From Allobaculum fili (GTDB lineage: Bacteria; Bacillota_I; Bacilli_A; Erysipelotrichales; Erysipelotrichaceae), in NCBI RefSeq assembly GCF_020969955.1, contig NZ_JAHDSX010000007.1, forward strand, positions 36,973 to 68,972: DNA of 32,000 nt. Direction: 5' to 3'. Every line of letters starts with the position of its first letter. Position 1 is the stretch's first letter. The position numbers were made by a program, and so were the translations under genes. The notes below the pieces were generated by a model, which was not told where the DNA came from, searched no databases, and worked only from the letters and a program-made list of their open reading frames with translations. Of this stretch, positions 24,039 to 31,686 are shown one piece after another.

Positions 24039-25040
24039 ATGTGTACAGGTCTTTCCTATTCCAATGGAAACAGCCACTACTTCGGACGCAACCTGGATCT
24101 GGAAATCGATTATCCAGTCGATGTCGTCATCACACCGCACAACGTCCCCTTTAAATTCCGTCACACCGACGCCATGGAAAGCCATAACGCTATTATCGGT
24201 ATGGCTATGCCGATTGATAACTACCCTCTGTACTTCGAGGGAATCAACGATAAAGGACTGGGCATGGCCGGTCTGGCTTTCTGGACCAGCTGCCATTATT
24301 TCCCAGTCATGGAAGACAAGCTGAACATCGCTTCGTTCGAGCTGATCCCTTATATCCTGGGCAAATGCTCCAGCGTCGATGAAGCCGAAGAAGAATTCAA
24401 GAAAATCAACATCTGCAATACCGGTTTCTCGGAAAAATTCCCGCCAAGCCCGCTGCACTGGATCATTTCCGATGCCAAACGGACGATCGTTGTCGAACAG
24501 ACCAAAGAACGCGGTCTGAAAGTTTACGACAACCCGTATAACGTTCTGACCAACGAACCGGAATTCCCGTTCCACAAGAAAAATCTGCTTTACTACTGCA
24601 ACGTATCCAACGCCATCCGCGGATTCGATTCCACTCGTTTCTCTCCGAATTTCCCGGATTTCGTTAAACTCGGTGCCGGCATGGGATCGGCTGGACTGCC
24701 TGGCGGTCTGGATTCCATTTCCCGTTTTGTCCGCGTTGCCTTTACACGTCTGAATTCGAATATCGAAAAGAATACCGAAGAAGCCAATATCCAGGAATTC
24801 TTCCATATCCTTTACAGCGTGTATCAGACCAGTGGCTGCGATCAGGTTAAAAAGGGTGAATACGAAGTTACCCTTTATACCTGCGGCGCAAACCTCGAAA
24901 CTGGCCGTTTCTATTATACGACCTACTGGAACCAGAACATTACTGCCGTCGATATGCATAACGAAGATCTCGAAGGCGATAAGCTGATCGTTTATCCAGT
25001 GGTTCGTGATCTGAACATCCCGGTACAGAACGCTAAATAA
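24039..25040 (+). CDS. bsh: choloylglycine hydrolase family Ntn-hydrolase (bile salt hydrolase / penicillin V acylase type)
   Basis: MCTGLSYSNGNSHYFGRNLDLE...: Cys2 nucleophile directly after the initiator Met, an RNxD motif, ~330 aa. SD AGGAGG upstream. The symbol is tentative: BSH and PVA cannot be told apart by eye. Confidence 0.85.
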   Translation: MCTGLSYSNGNSHYFGRNLDLEIDYPVDVVITPHNVPFKFRHTDAMESHNAIIGMAMPIDNYPLYFEGINDKGLGMAGLAFWTSCHYFPVMEDKLNIASFELIPYILGKCSSVDEAEEEFKKINICNTGFSEKFPPSPLHWIISDAKRTIVVEQTKERGLKVYDNPYNVLTNEPEFPFHKKNLLYYCNVSNAIRGFDSTRFSPNFPDFVKLGAGMGSAGLPGGLDSISRFVRVAFTRLNSNIEKNTEEANIQEFFHILYSVYQTSGCDQVKKGEYEVTLYTCGANLETGRFYYTTYWNQNITAVDMHNEDLEGDKLIVYPVVRDLNIPVQNAK

Positions 25041-25087
25041 GCAGATTCGCAAACTCTACAGAATTGCGTATACCCAATATGCCGAAT

Positions 25088-25123
25088 AAGCCGTCCGTGC
25101 GCACATGCACAGGCGGCTTTTTA
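25088..25123 (+). terminator. intrinsic terminator after the choloylglycine hydrolase gene
   Basis: AAGCCGTCCGTGC-gcacat-GCACAGGCGGCTT (13-bp stem, one wobble, one mismatch), followed by TTTTT. Confidence 0.6.
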
Positions 25124-25183
25124 TCTGCCTGCGAAGGACGGTCCATAAACGATTCGAATCGGAGAAATTGGTATACTGATACC

Positions 25184-26053
25184 ATGAATTTTTCGAATGG
25201 ATTGCGAATTTTTCTGATTTTTTTATGTGCACTGGCGATTCTGATTGGAATTCTGTTTTCGAGCGGGGCGTTTCGAAACGACCTGGAAGTGAGTGGGATG
25301 ACGATCGAACTTTCCGATCTGCCAGAAGCCTGGGACGGCGTGAAAATCGCTCATGTTTCGGATCTGCACGGAAACAATCCCAAAAGCATGATGGAAGCGA
25401 TTGAGAACGATCATCCCGAACTCATTTTTGCGACGGGGGATGTGTATGATGGTGTCCAGCATGCGGATACGACCAATAAAGTTCTTTCCAGCCTTTCAAA
25501 AATCGCCCCGGTCTATATGGTCAGCGGCAATCACGAATATTACAGCGGCCAATGGAAAAAACGGGCCGCCAATCTGGATCAGCTTGGCATAACGCTGCTC
25601 GATCACGATGTGATGACTCTGTATAAAGAAGGACAGCCGCTGGAAATCGCGGGCATTCAGGATCCCGATTTTCATTACCGCTGGTCTTTTGATCGGCGTC
25701 TTGAACAGTTGAATGAAGACATCGGAAAGCTTCCTGAAAAGAAAGCCTGTCGTCTTCTGTTATTTCATCGTGCAGATCTGTTTGATTATCTGGAGAAGAC
25801 GCAGGCCGATCTGGTTTTCAGCGGACATATCCATGGCGGACATATCCGACTGTTTGGAAAAGGGTTTCTGCAGCCAAACGATGGAAACGGCTCCCGCTTC
25901 TTTCCCAAATACGACAGCGGCTTATTCGAACAGCCCGATGGCATGAAAATGATCGAAAGCCGGGGACTGGGCGATCAGATGATTATCCCGCGTCTGTATA
26001 ATCGTCCGCAGCTGCTTTTGATTACGCTGAGAAGAGCGCCGGAAAAGAAATAA
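25184..26053 (+). CDS. membrane-anchored calcineurin-like metallophosphoesterase (YkuE-like)
   Basis: N-terminal TM (LRIFLIFLCALAILIGILF), then HVSDLHGN, GDVYDG, SGNHEY, GHIHGGH metallophosphoesterase motifs. The ORF-track start 25064 would span the upstream terminator, so ATG 25184 is preferred (its SD is weak). Confidence 0.8.
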   Translation: MNFSNGLRIFLIFLCALAILIGILFSSGAFRNDLEVSGMTIELSDLPEAWDGVKIAHVSDLHGNNPKSMMEAIENDHPELIFATGDVYDGVQHADTTNKVLSSLSKIAPVYMVSGNHEYYSGQWKKRAANLDQLGITLLDHDVMTLYKEGQPLEIAGIQDPDFHYRWSFDRRLEQLNEDIGKLPEKKACRLLLFHRADLFDYLEKTQADLVFSGHIHGGHIRLFGKGFLQPNDGNGSRFFPKYDSGLFEQPDGMKMIESRGLGDQMIIPRLYNRPQLLLITLRRAPEKK

Positions 26054-26117
26054 TCGTATCGGAATGGGTTTCAAATACGGTATGGATTTAGACGATTCGA
26101 CAATCCGGACCCATTCA

Positions 26118-26147
26118 TTGCTCTTCCTGATCCAGGCCCGATACAAT
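26118..26147 (+). promoter_or_regulatory. possible promoter of lgt
   Basis: TTGCTC (26118..26123), 18-nt spacer, TACAAT (26142..26147). Confidence 0.4.
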
Positions 26148-26261
26148 AGAGCACGTGTCGGTTCTGACCGTCTTTTCATTTCTTCTCTTCGAGCAGGGAA
26201 CGGTTCAGAACGGACAAAGATTTGAACTAGCAATACAGAACGAAACAAGAAGGAGGAATTT

Positions 26262-27029
26262 ATGTATCCGATTCTTTTCTCGATTGGCTCTCTTCACGTC
26301 TATTCCTATGGACTGATGATTGCGATCGGCATTCTGGTCGCCTATTCACTGGCTGAAAAGAAAGTCAAAGCGAAAGGGTATGATCCCAGGCGGCTGGAAT
26401 GGCTGGTCTTTACGGTACTGGCTGGCGGTGCGCTCGGCGCCAAAGTCCTTTACTGGATTACCCGTATTCCCGATATGGCTACAGACCCAACGATTTTTAC
26501 CGATCTGGGTTCCGGCTGGGTCGTTTACGGCGGCATTATCGGCGGTCTTATCAGCGGCTGGTACTACTGCAAGCTGCATGCCATGAATTTCTGGGAATGG
26601 TTTGACCTGATCATTCCGGAAGTCGCTTTAGCTCAGGCCTTTGGCCGTATTGGCTGTCTGCTTGCCGGCTGCTGCTATGGCATTGAAATGACAAACGGTT
26701 TTGGCATCGTGTTCCCGGAAGGATCCGAAGCACCGGCGGGCGTTCCGCTTTTTCCGTCACAGATTGTCATGTCCGTGTTCGACTTTGGACTTTATCTCTT
26801 TCTCGAATGGTTTTCGAAGAAGAAAAAGTTCAACGGAGAAGTCGGTGCAGCCTATCTGATCGCTTACTCCGCCGGACGTCTTGCGATTGAATTCGTCCGC
26901 GGCGATATGGTTCGCGGTGTCGTAAACGGTCTTTCCACATCACAGTATATTTCGCTCTTTGTCTTCGCCTTTGCGCTGGCTGTGCTCTTAGCGGGACGCT
27001 CCCGGCTTAAAAACAAAGACCAGAAATAG
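26262..27029 (+). CDS. lgt: prolipoprotein diacylglyceryl transferase
   Basis: MYPILFSIGSLHVYSYGLMIAIGILVAY... and ...GRIGCLLAGCCYG... (Lgt signature region). Polytopic, 255 aa. SD GAAGGAGG upstream. Confidence 0.95.
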   Translation: MYPILFSIGSLHVYSYGLMIAIGILVAYSLAEKKVKAKGYDPRRLEWLVFTVLAGGALGAKVLYWITRIPDMATDPTIFTDLGSGWVVYGGIIGGLISGWYYCKLHAMNFWEWFDLIIPEVALAQAFGRIGCLLAGCCYGIEMTNGFGIVFPEGSEAPAGVPLFPSQIVMSVFDFGLYLFLEWFSKKKKFNGEVGAAYLIAYSAGRLAIEFVRGDMVRGVVNGLSTSQYISLFVFAFALAVLLAGRSRLKNKDQK

Positions 27030-27061
27030 ACAGATTTTAAGAAAAGAGAAACAGGCATATG

Positions 27062-27126
27062 AAAAGCTTCCTGATTGAAGAACCAGACAGATCCGCTGTC
27101 TATTCTCAATACAGGAAGCTTTTTTA
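27062..27126. terminator. bidirectional terminator between convergent lgt and the split helical-repeat gene
   Basis: AAAAGCTTCCTG ... CAGGAAGCTTTT: a 12-bp perfect outer stem enclosing an inner hairpin AGACAG-atccg-CTGTCT, followed by TTTTTT. Confidence 0.65.
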
Positions 27127-27247
27127 ATGCCAGAAGGGGAGTCAGGTTCTTTGAAAAAGAGGGAATTCCTGGACACCAATCTGCCGGCGAAAGAGAAAGG
27201 CTCTGCGTATAAGCAAAATGGAAAGGAACTTCCAACCGCAAATTGAA

Positions 27248-27845
27248 TTACTCAGGCATTTTCATATAGGTACTGGAGAGATCCAGAAGCGTCTGCTTCA
27301 GGGAGTGAGATCCTTTGCATCGGGTTTCGATCAGATCCAAAGCCTGTTCAATGTCCTCTTGTACCTCCTGGATCGTCCGACCAGGAAGAAGAGCGCGGTT
27401 TTTGTAAACAATGACGACATAGTACCAGTTTTGGGTATCTTCAAAGCATTTCAGCAATTCCTCAAGAAGAACCAGAGCCTCGTCTTCTTCGTGAATCGAG
27501 GTCAGAAAGTTCGAGTAGTCCAGCCGCGCCAGATTTTCCCGAAAGCGAGCCTGATCACCTTCCATCGCGTGGAGGTTCGTCAAAAGCTCTGCATACATCG
27601 TTTTGTAGGCGATCACTTCTTCATCATCCAGCGTCCTGTTCTTTGAAGAAATCGACGCAAGTCCGGCTTTGATTAAGTTCTGGTAAGAGCTGCAGGTCAG
27701 CAGATACCTCGAACCGTAATGCTTAAGTCGAATGGAATAGCTTTCCCGGAACGATTGAACGGCTTTCTGATGAGCAATATTTATAGGAAGGAAAAACAGT
27801 ATTCTAGAGCGTTTGGACAGGCATCGAATGCCTGGAAGATTCGCC
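27248..27845 (-). CDS. hypothetical helical-repeat protein, C-terminal fragment (frame-shifted relative to 27804..28532)
   Basis: The ORF-track ORF 27248..28051 overlaps the upstream ORF by ~250 nt in another frame. Only the part after ~27845 reads like protein (...LPGIRCLSKRSRILFFLPINIAHQKAVQSFRESYSIRLKHYG...EDIEQALDLIETRCKG...). Confidence 0.6.
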
Positions 27846-28532
27846 AAGCGCTTTATCCAGTTCACCCTGTTTAAAGGCAAGCAGGCTCGTCGCGTATCGC
27901 AATTCGCCGCAGTCGAGATTGGAAATCCGCCAGCCGGGCACAAAAGATTCAGAAGCATCCTGGTAAGACGGAAACAGTTTTGGATCATCAATGCTAAGCG
28001 CATTTTTTTCATGTTTCTGAGCCGCTGGAAGATCATTTTGACTGAGCGCAAAACGCATAGCGACGACCTCGTATTCGAAATTCAGACCATCCACTTTATC
28101 GGATCGCTGGGAAAGCAGGTATCGGACCTCCTCCAGACTCTTTTCTGTTTGGGCTGCTTCCTGACAAAAGGAGGAAATCACTGCAGAAAGAAGCAGTGAG
28201 CTGATTCGGTCTCCGGCAAGCAGATCTGTATCGGTCAGGCTGTACGCATACTGGCAGGCTTCTTTGGCATGATCAATATCGCTGAGTCTGTAAAAAGAGT
28301 AGGCAAGGTACCAGCCAGTCTGTATAGCGTGCATCCGCTCCAACAAGCCAAACGTCTCTTTATCTCGATGCTTCAGGTTCTCCCAGCAGTCGTACATCGT
28401 CTCAATCGGATGCAGTTCTTTCGGATAATGATAAAGATGTATGGAAAAACCTAAAAGATCTTCCATGGAAAGGGAAGGGTCTGTCAGATCTTCGTCGGAC
28501 AAATTAAGCCATTGAAATTTTGAAGTGTTCAT
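27804..28532 (-). CDS. hypothetical helical-repeat (TPR-like by eye) protein, N-terminal fragment
   Basis: 242-aa ORF: MNTSKFQWLNLSDEDLTDPSL...WYLAYSFYRLSDIDHAKEACQYAYSL...LRYATSLLAFKQGELDKALGE. It ends in a short out-of-frame-looking tail (SSRHSMPVQTL*). No family recognised. Confidence 0.65.
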   Translation of the reverse strand: MNTSKFQWLNLSDEDLTDPSLSMEDLLGFSIHLYHYPKELHPIETMYDCWENLKHRDKETFGLLERMHAIQTGWYLAYSFYRLSDIDHAKEACQYAYSLTDTDLLAGDRISSLLLSAVISSFCQEAAQTEKSLEEVRYLLSQRSDKVDGLNFEYEVVAMRFALSQNDLPAAQKHEKNALSIDDPKLFPSYQDASESFVPGWRISNLDCGELRYATSLLAFKQGELDKALGESSRHSMPVQTL

Positions 28533-28720
28533 ACGGTGAGCTCCTTATAAATTGTTCAGGGTATTCTGACATTCAGGATATTCGAGCACCTGTCAGTTTA
28601 GACGTTGTGAAAAGTACTCAAAATTCAGGGGTAAATGGATGCAGGTATACAAATAAGACTCTGTCGTCGCTCTGCCCATCGAGTGGAAATCTCGTTAGAA
28701 TGAGGACAAAGGCAGGAAAA

Positions 28721-29239
28721 ATGAGAATGAATTCAAACCAAAAATACAGAACCTTTGATCGATATCCGCTTGTACGGGACGAAGTGTATGCGGCATTTGC
28801 CCAAATTTATAATCCGGTTCTTCGCGCATTTGCGCTGAGTCACACATCCATGGTCGATGCCTATATGTCTATTTTGTGCAAAAAGAGAAATCTGGATCCA
28901 GAGCCTGGGAAAATTGCGGCCGTGTTGCACGATATTGGAAAATTTCTGGAGAATCAGCCATCCCGTTCCCATGCTCGCTCTGGGGCTGCCGCTGCGCGAA
29001 AGCTGCTTGCAGGACTGGACCGGTTTACGCCGGAAGAAATCGAGGAAATCGCATCGGCGATTGAAGTCCACTCCAATAAGCTCAATGTCGACAGTCCTCT
29101 GGCTGAAGCTCTGAAAGATGCGGACTGTCTGGCCGGGTGGTCAAGCAATCCTGGCGGAGTCATACCGCCGGAACGCGTAGTAAGACTTCAAAACGTCATG
29201 CAGGAACTGTCAATCGATCCAGATCCTCTTGAATACTGA
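28721..29239 (+). CDS. HD-domain (metal-dependent phosphohydrolase) protein
   Basis: H...HD...H...D pattern: LSHTSMVDAY, AAVLHDIGKF, SHARSGAAAA, AIEVHSN, LKDADCLAG. Start ATG 28721 or 28727. The ORF-track start 28520 is an unsupported extension across the divergent promoter region. Confidence 0.8.
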   Translation: MRMNSNQKYRTFDRYPLVRDEVYAAFAQIYNPVLRAFALSHTSMVDAYMSILCKKRNLDPEPGKIAAVLHDIGKFLENQPSRSHARSGAAAARKLLAGLDRFTPEEIEEIASAIEVHSNKLNVDSPLAEALKDADCLAGWSSNPGGVIPPERVVRLQNVMQELSIDPDPLEY

Positions 29240-29338
29240 TCTCTGTACGGATTACGGAATCCATTTTGGATATTTAGAAAATTCTAATTCGATATTCAGA
29301 ATCAAAGCGTATAGTTCGAGGCAAAGAGAGGTACGCAT

Positions 29339-29488
29339 ATGTTTACACTTTTGTCCTTCATCTGGCTCTGGTACGTCATTCTGGCGTTTCTGTTTCTTTT
29401 CTCCTTTATTTTTCATCCGATTCGAACCCTGAAAAAGATCTGCCTGTTCCTGCTGATTGGAACGCTGATCGTCGTCCTGCTTTTCTAA
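29339..29488 (+). CDS. small two-TM membrane protein (49 aa), hypothetical
   Basis: SD GAGAGG lies 7 nt before ATG 29339: MFTLLSFIWLWYVILAFLFLFSFIFHPIRTLKKICLFLLIGTLIVVLLF*. It is below the ORF-track length cutoff. The overlapping track ORF 29229..29432 lacks an SD and looks non-coding. Confidence 0.4.
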   Translation: MFTLLSFIWLWYVILAFLFLFSFIFHPIRTLKKICLFLLIGTLIVVLLF

Positions 29489-29882
29489 TTGGCGAGCGCG
29501 TAAACAAGGGAATGAGCAGGACTTTTTTGTTCTGCCATTTTTTTCATTTAACTGAATGTTGAAAATAATTCCAGGATAAAATGAAATTTATTTATTAATA
29601 GTCAAACAAAAAGAAAGAGAGTCTCCAAAATTCCTCCGTACAGAAAAGGGAAGAAGCCTTAACGACCGAAGTACCCCAAAAACCATTTACTTTCATCATG
29701 CTGAAACCGGCGAACTGTTCCATCTTTGCGTTCGTTGTTTTTATATTTCAATAAAATGAATCTTGTATAAGCTGCTCGCGTTATGATTTTCTGCATTTCT
29801 TTTCCCTTAGAAGGGTATGAGAAAGCGGATTCAATGGTATCCTGAACAAAAGGGGATTCACATTCTTCAGGAGGTTGAAAGT

Positions 29883-31082
29883 ATGCCAGATCATCGAACC
29901 GAAGCGGTTTTCAAACGGCTGATGGACGCTTCTCAGAGTCGAAAGATCAGTAAACTCTGCGGTCTTCGTTCGGTCGGAAAAAGATATGTAATCCAACAGT
30001 ACCAGGCTTACTGTAAAGACCATTCCATTTATCCGAATGGATGGATTGAACTCGACTATTCCGGACCCGCCAATACACTGCCAAAAACGGCTTTGGACCT
30101 GTATGAATATATAATCCATAAAATCGGTGAGTATCGGCCCTGGAGCCGGACAGCAATTCTGATCAATGAACCAGATGCTGTAGAAGATCTGGAGTATGCG
30201 CTGGCTGGACTGCTCCACTGGTCAGATCTCGATCTCTTTGTTCTGACTTCACAGGCTGATGTGCTGCCGGAGAGGGAAGGTTCACCGCTGCGCGATCAGA
30301 TCGAGACGATTAAACTCTTTCCGCTTTCCTTTAAGGAATACTGCGAGGGAAGAAGGGAAAGTCTGTCCGAGCTGTTTCTGGACTATATGGAACAGGGCGG
30401 ACTGCCGCTTGCGCTTTCTGTTTCCGCAAAAGAGCGCCAGGATGTTCTCGAAAATCTGTATGACTCCATTCTTCTGCATTCCTTAGTCGAAAATCTGCGC
30501 TATGCGGATGTAGAACTCATGCAGCAGCTGACCGTCTATATGGCCAGCCAGTCGGGAGAATACATCTCAGGGCGGGGGACAAGTCACCTGCTGAGAACGA
30601 GAGTCAAAAAAGCTTCCGTAAACACAGTGAATGCCTATATGGAAGCCTTACAAAATTCCTATTTGATCAACGTTGTAAAATGCCGCAATCTACTGAACAA
30701 TCAGATCTTCGAACGGGAAAGAAAATATTACTTTGCGGATACTGGACTGCTGAGCAGTCTGCTCAGCGATGGACAGGTTTCACCGCAGGGCGTTCTGGAA
30801 AATATCGTATGGCTCGAATTCCGTCGAAGAGGCTATTCGGTCATGACCGGAAGGAACCGACATTCCATTATCGACTTTGTCACTGAGAAAGATGGAATGA
30901 GAACGTGCTGGCAGCTGCTAGCATCGGTTCATGAAACCGAACTCTTTGAAGAAAAGCTGAAAGCTCTCGAAAGCCTGGATGACAACTGCGATCGCGTCAT
31001 GATGACACTCGATCCGCAGGCAGAACTGCCCGAAGGCATTCGGTTTCAGGAACTGCTGTCGTTTCTGCTGGAAAAGGAATGA
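29883..31082 (+). CDS. AAA-type ATPase of the DUF4143 / COG1373 family, Walker A degenerate (GLRSVGKRY)
   Basis: SD AGGAGG lies 8 nt before ATG 29883. The layout matches AAA_14 + DUF4143 proteins (...KLCGLRSVGKRYVIQQY..., ...ILINEPD..., ...LFPLSFKEY..., ...YMEQGGLP..., ...KYYFADTGL...). Confidence 0.8.
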   Translation: MPDHRTEAVFKRLMDASQSRKISKLCGLRSVGKRYVIQQYQAYCKDHSIYPNGWIELDYSGPANTLPKTALDLYEYIIHKIGEYRPWSRTAILINEPDAVEDLEYALAGLLHWSDLDLFVLTSQADVLPEREGSPLRDQIETIKLFPLSFKEYCEGRRESLSELFLDYMEQGGLPLALSVSAKERQDVLENLYDSILLHSLVENLRYADVELMQQLTVYMASQSGEYISGRGTSHLLRTRVKKASVNTVNAYMEALQNSYLINVVKCRNLLNNQIFERERKYYFADTGLLSSLLSDGQVSPQGVLENIVWLEFRRRGYSVMTGRNRHSIIDFVTEKDGMRTCWQLLASVHETELFEEKLKALESLDDNCDRVMMTLDPQAELPEGIRFQELLSFLLEKE

Positions 31083-31136
31083 ATCTATAAACGGGATGGG
31101 CCTCCATCTACGAATTACTATGGAAAAGATACTGAA

Positions 31137-31167
31137 ATACCCGTCAGAAGGGGATCCTGACGGGTAT
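31137..31167 (+). terminator. hairpin after the ATPase gene (possible terminator, no clear T-tract)
   Basis: ATACCCGTCAG-aaggggatc-CTGACGGGTAT, an 11-bp perfect stem. Confidence 0.4.
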
Positions 31168-31274
31168 TGTCGTATATAAGGAGATGTAACATCACACATC
31201 AACAACTTCGTATAATCTATATTATGTTACGTGTCTATATCTGCTTTATGTAAAGCGTTTTCAACCATTGATTT

Positions 31275-31415
31275 CTACAAAATGGCGTCTTTTACGTCTT
31301 GTAACATAATATGGGAATACACGTTTAGGGTTGTTGCAGCGTTCTTATGACCCATAAGATACTGAACAATCTTTACGTTTTTGCCCTCCCAGTAATGGGT
31401 ATGGCAGATGAAGTG
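31275..31415 (-). pseudogene. tyrosine recombinase (phage-integrase family) C-terminal remnant
   Basis: Reverse frame reads ...HFICHTHYWEGKNVKIVQYLMGHKNAATTLNVYSHIMLQDVKDAIL*. This is the box II region (HxxRHT ... LMGH ... T..Y.H with the catalytic Tyr), but with C where the Arg is expected. An in-frame stop lies immediately upstream, and no intact N-terminal part was found. Confidence 0.6.
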
Positions 31416-31590
31416 TACCCCATGTCAAGGACACGATAATTAGAGAGAACCCTTTGTTCGGACACGTTATCCCTGTTATCTGTTTGTCTGTTGTTTGAGC
31501 AGGATTTGTGAACAAATCCGATGAAGCGATGGGCTCAGAGTTTTTCTGAAGCGCTCCTTTACAGAGGGTTGCCCCCTGGTACACTGCTGA

Positions 31591-31626
31591 GCCTTCAGCT
31601 GAATGGTGAACCATTCAGCTGAAGGC
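31591..31626. repeat. perfect 16-bp-stem hairpin (GCCTTCAGCTGAATGG-tgaa-CCATTCAGCTGAAGGC)
   Basis: Read directly from the sequence. Followed on the + strand by GGCTTTTGTGG, which is terminator-like, although no + strand gene ends nearby. Confidence 0.6.
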
Positions 31627-31686
31627 GGCTTTTGTGGGTCCAGGGGCAAGGGCCCCGCTGTCAAGGACGGTCCCGCAGGGACCGAG

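Noticed and set aside
24036-25052. 338-aa reverse-strand ORF opposite the choloylglycine hydrolase gene
   Set aside because: The forward frame has the MCTG Ntn-hydrolase start, an SD and full-length family resemblance. The reverse ORF is an antisense shadow.
27059-27127. 22-codon ORF (MKSFLIEEPDRSAVYSQYRKLF*) after lgt
   Set aside because: It coincides exactly with the 12-bp-stem bidirectional terminator hairpin and has no convincing SD. The sequence is explained by the RNA structure.
29229-29432. 67-aa track ORF downstream of the HD gene
   Set aside because: It has no SD, and its start overlaps the HD gene end. The overlapping 49-aa frame (29339..29488) has an SD and a coherent two-TM hydrophobic pattern, so that one is preferred, itself only at low confidence.
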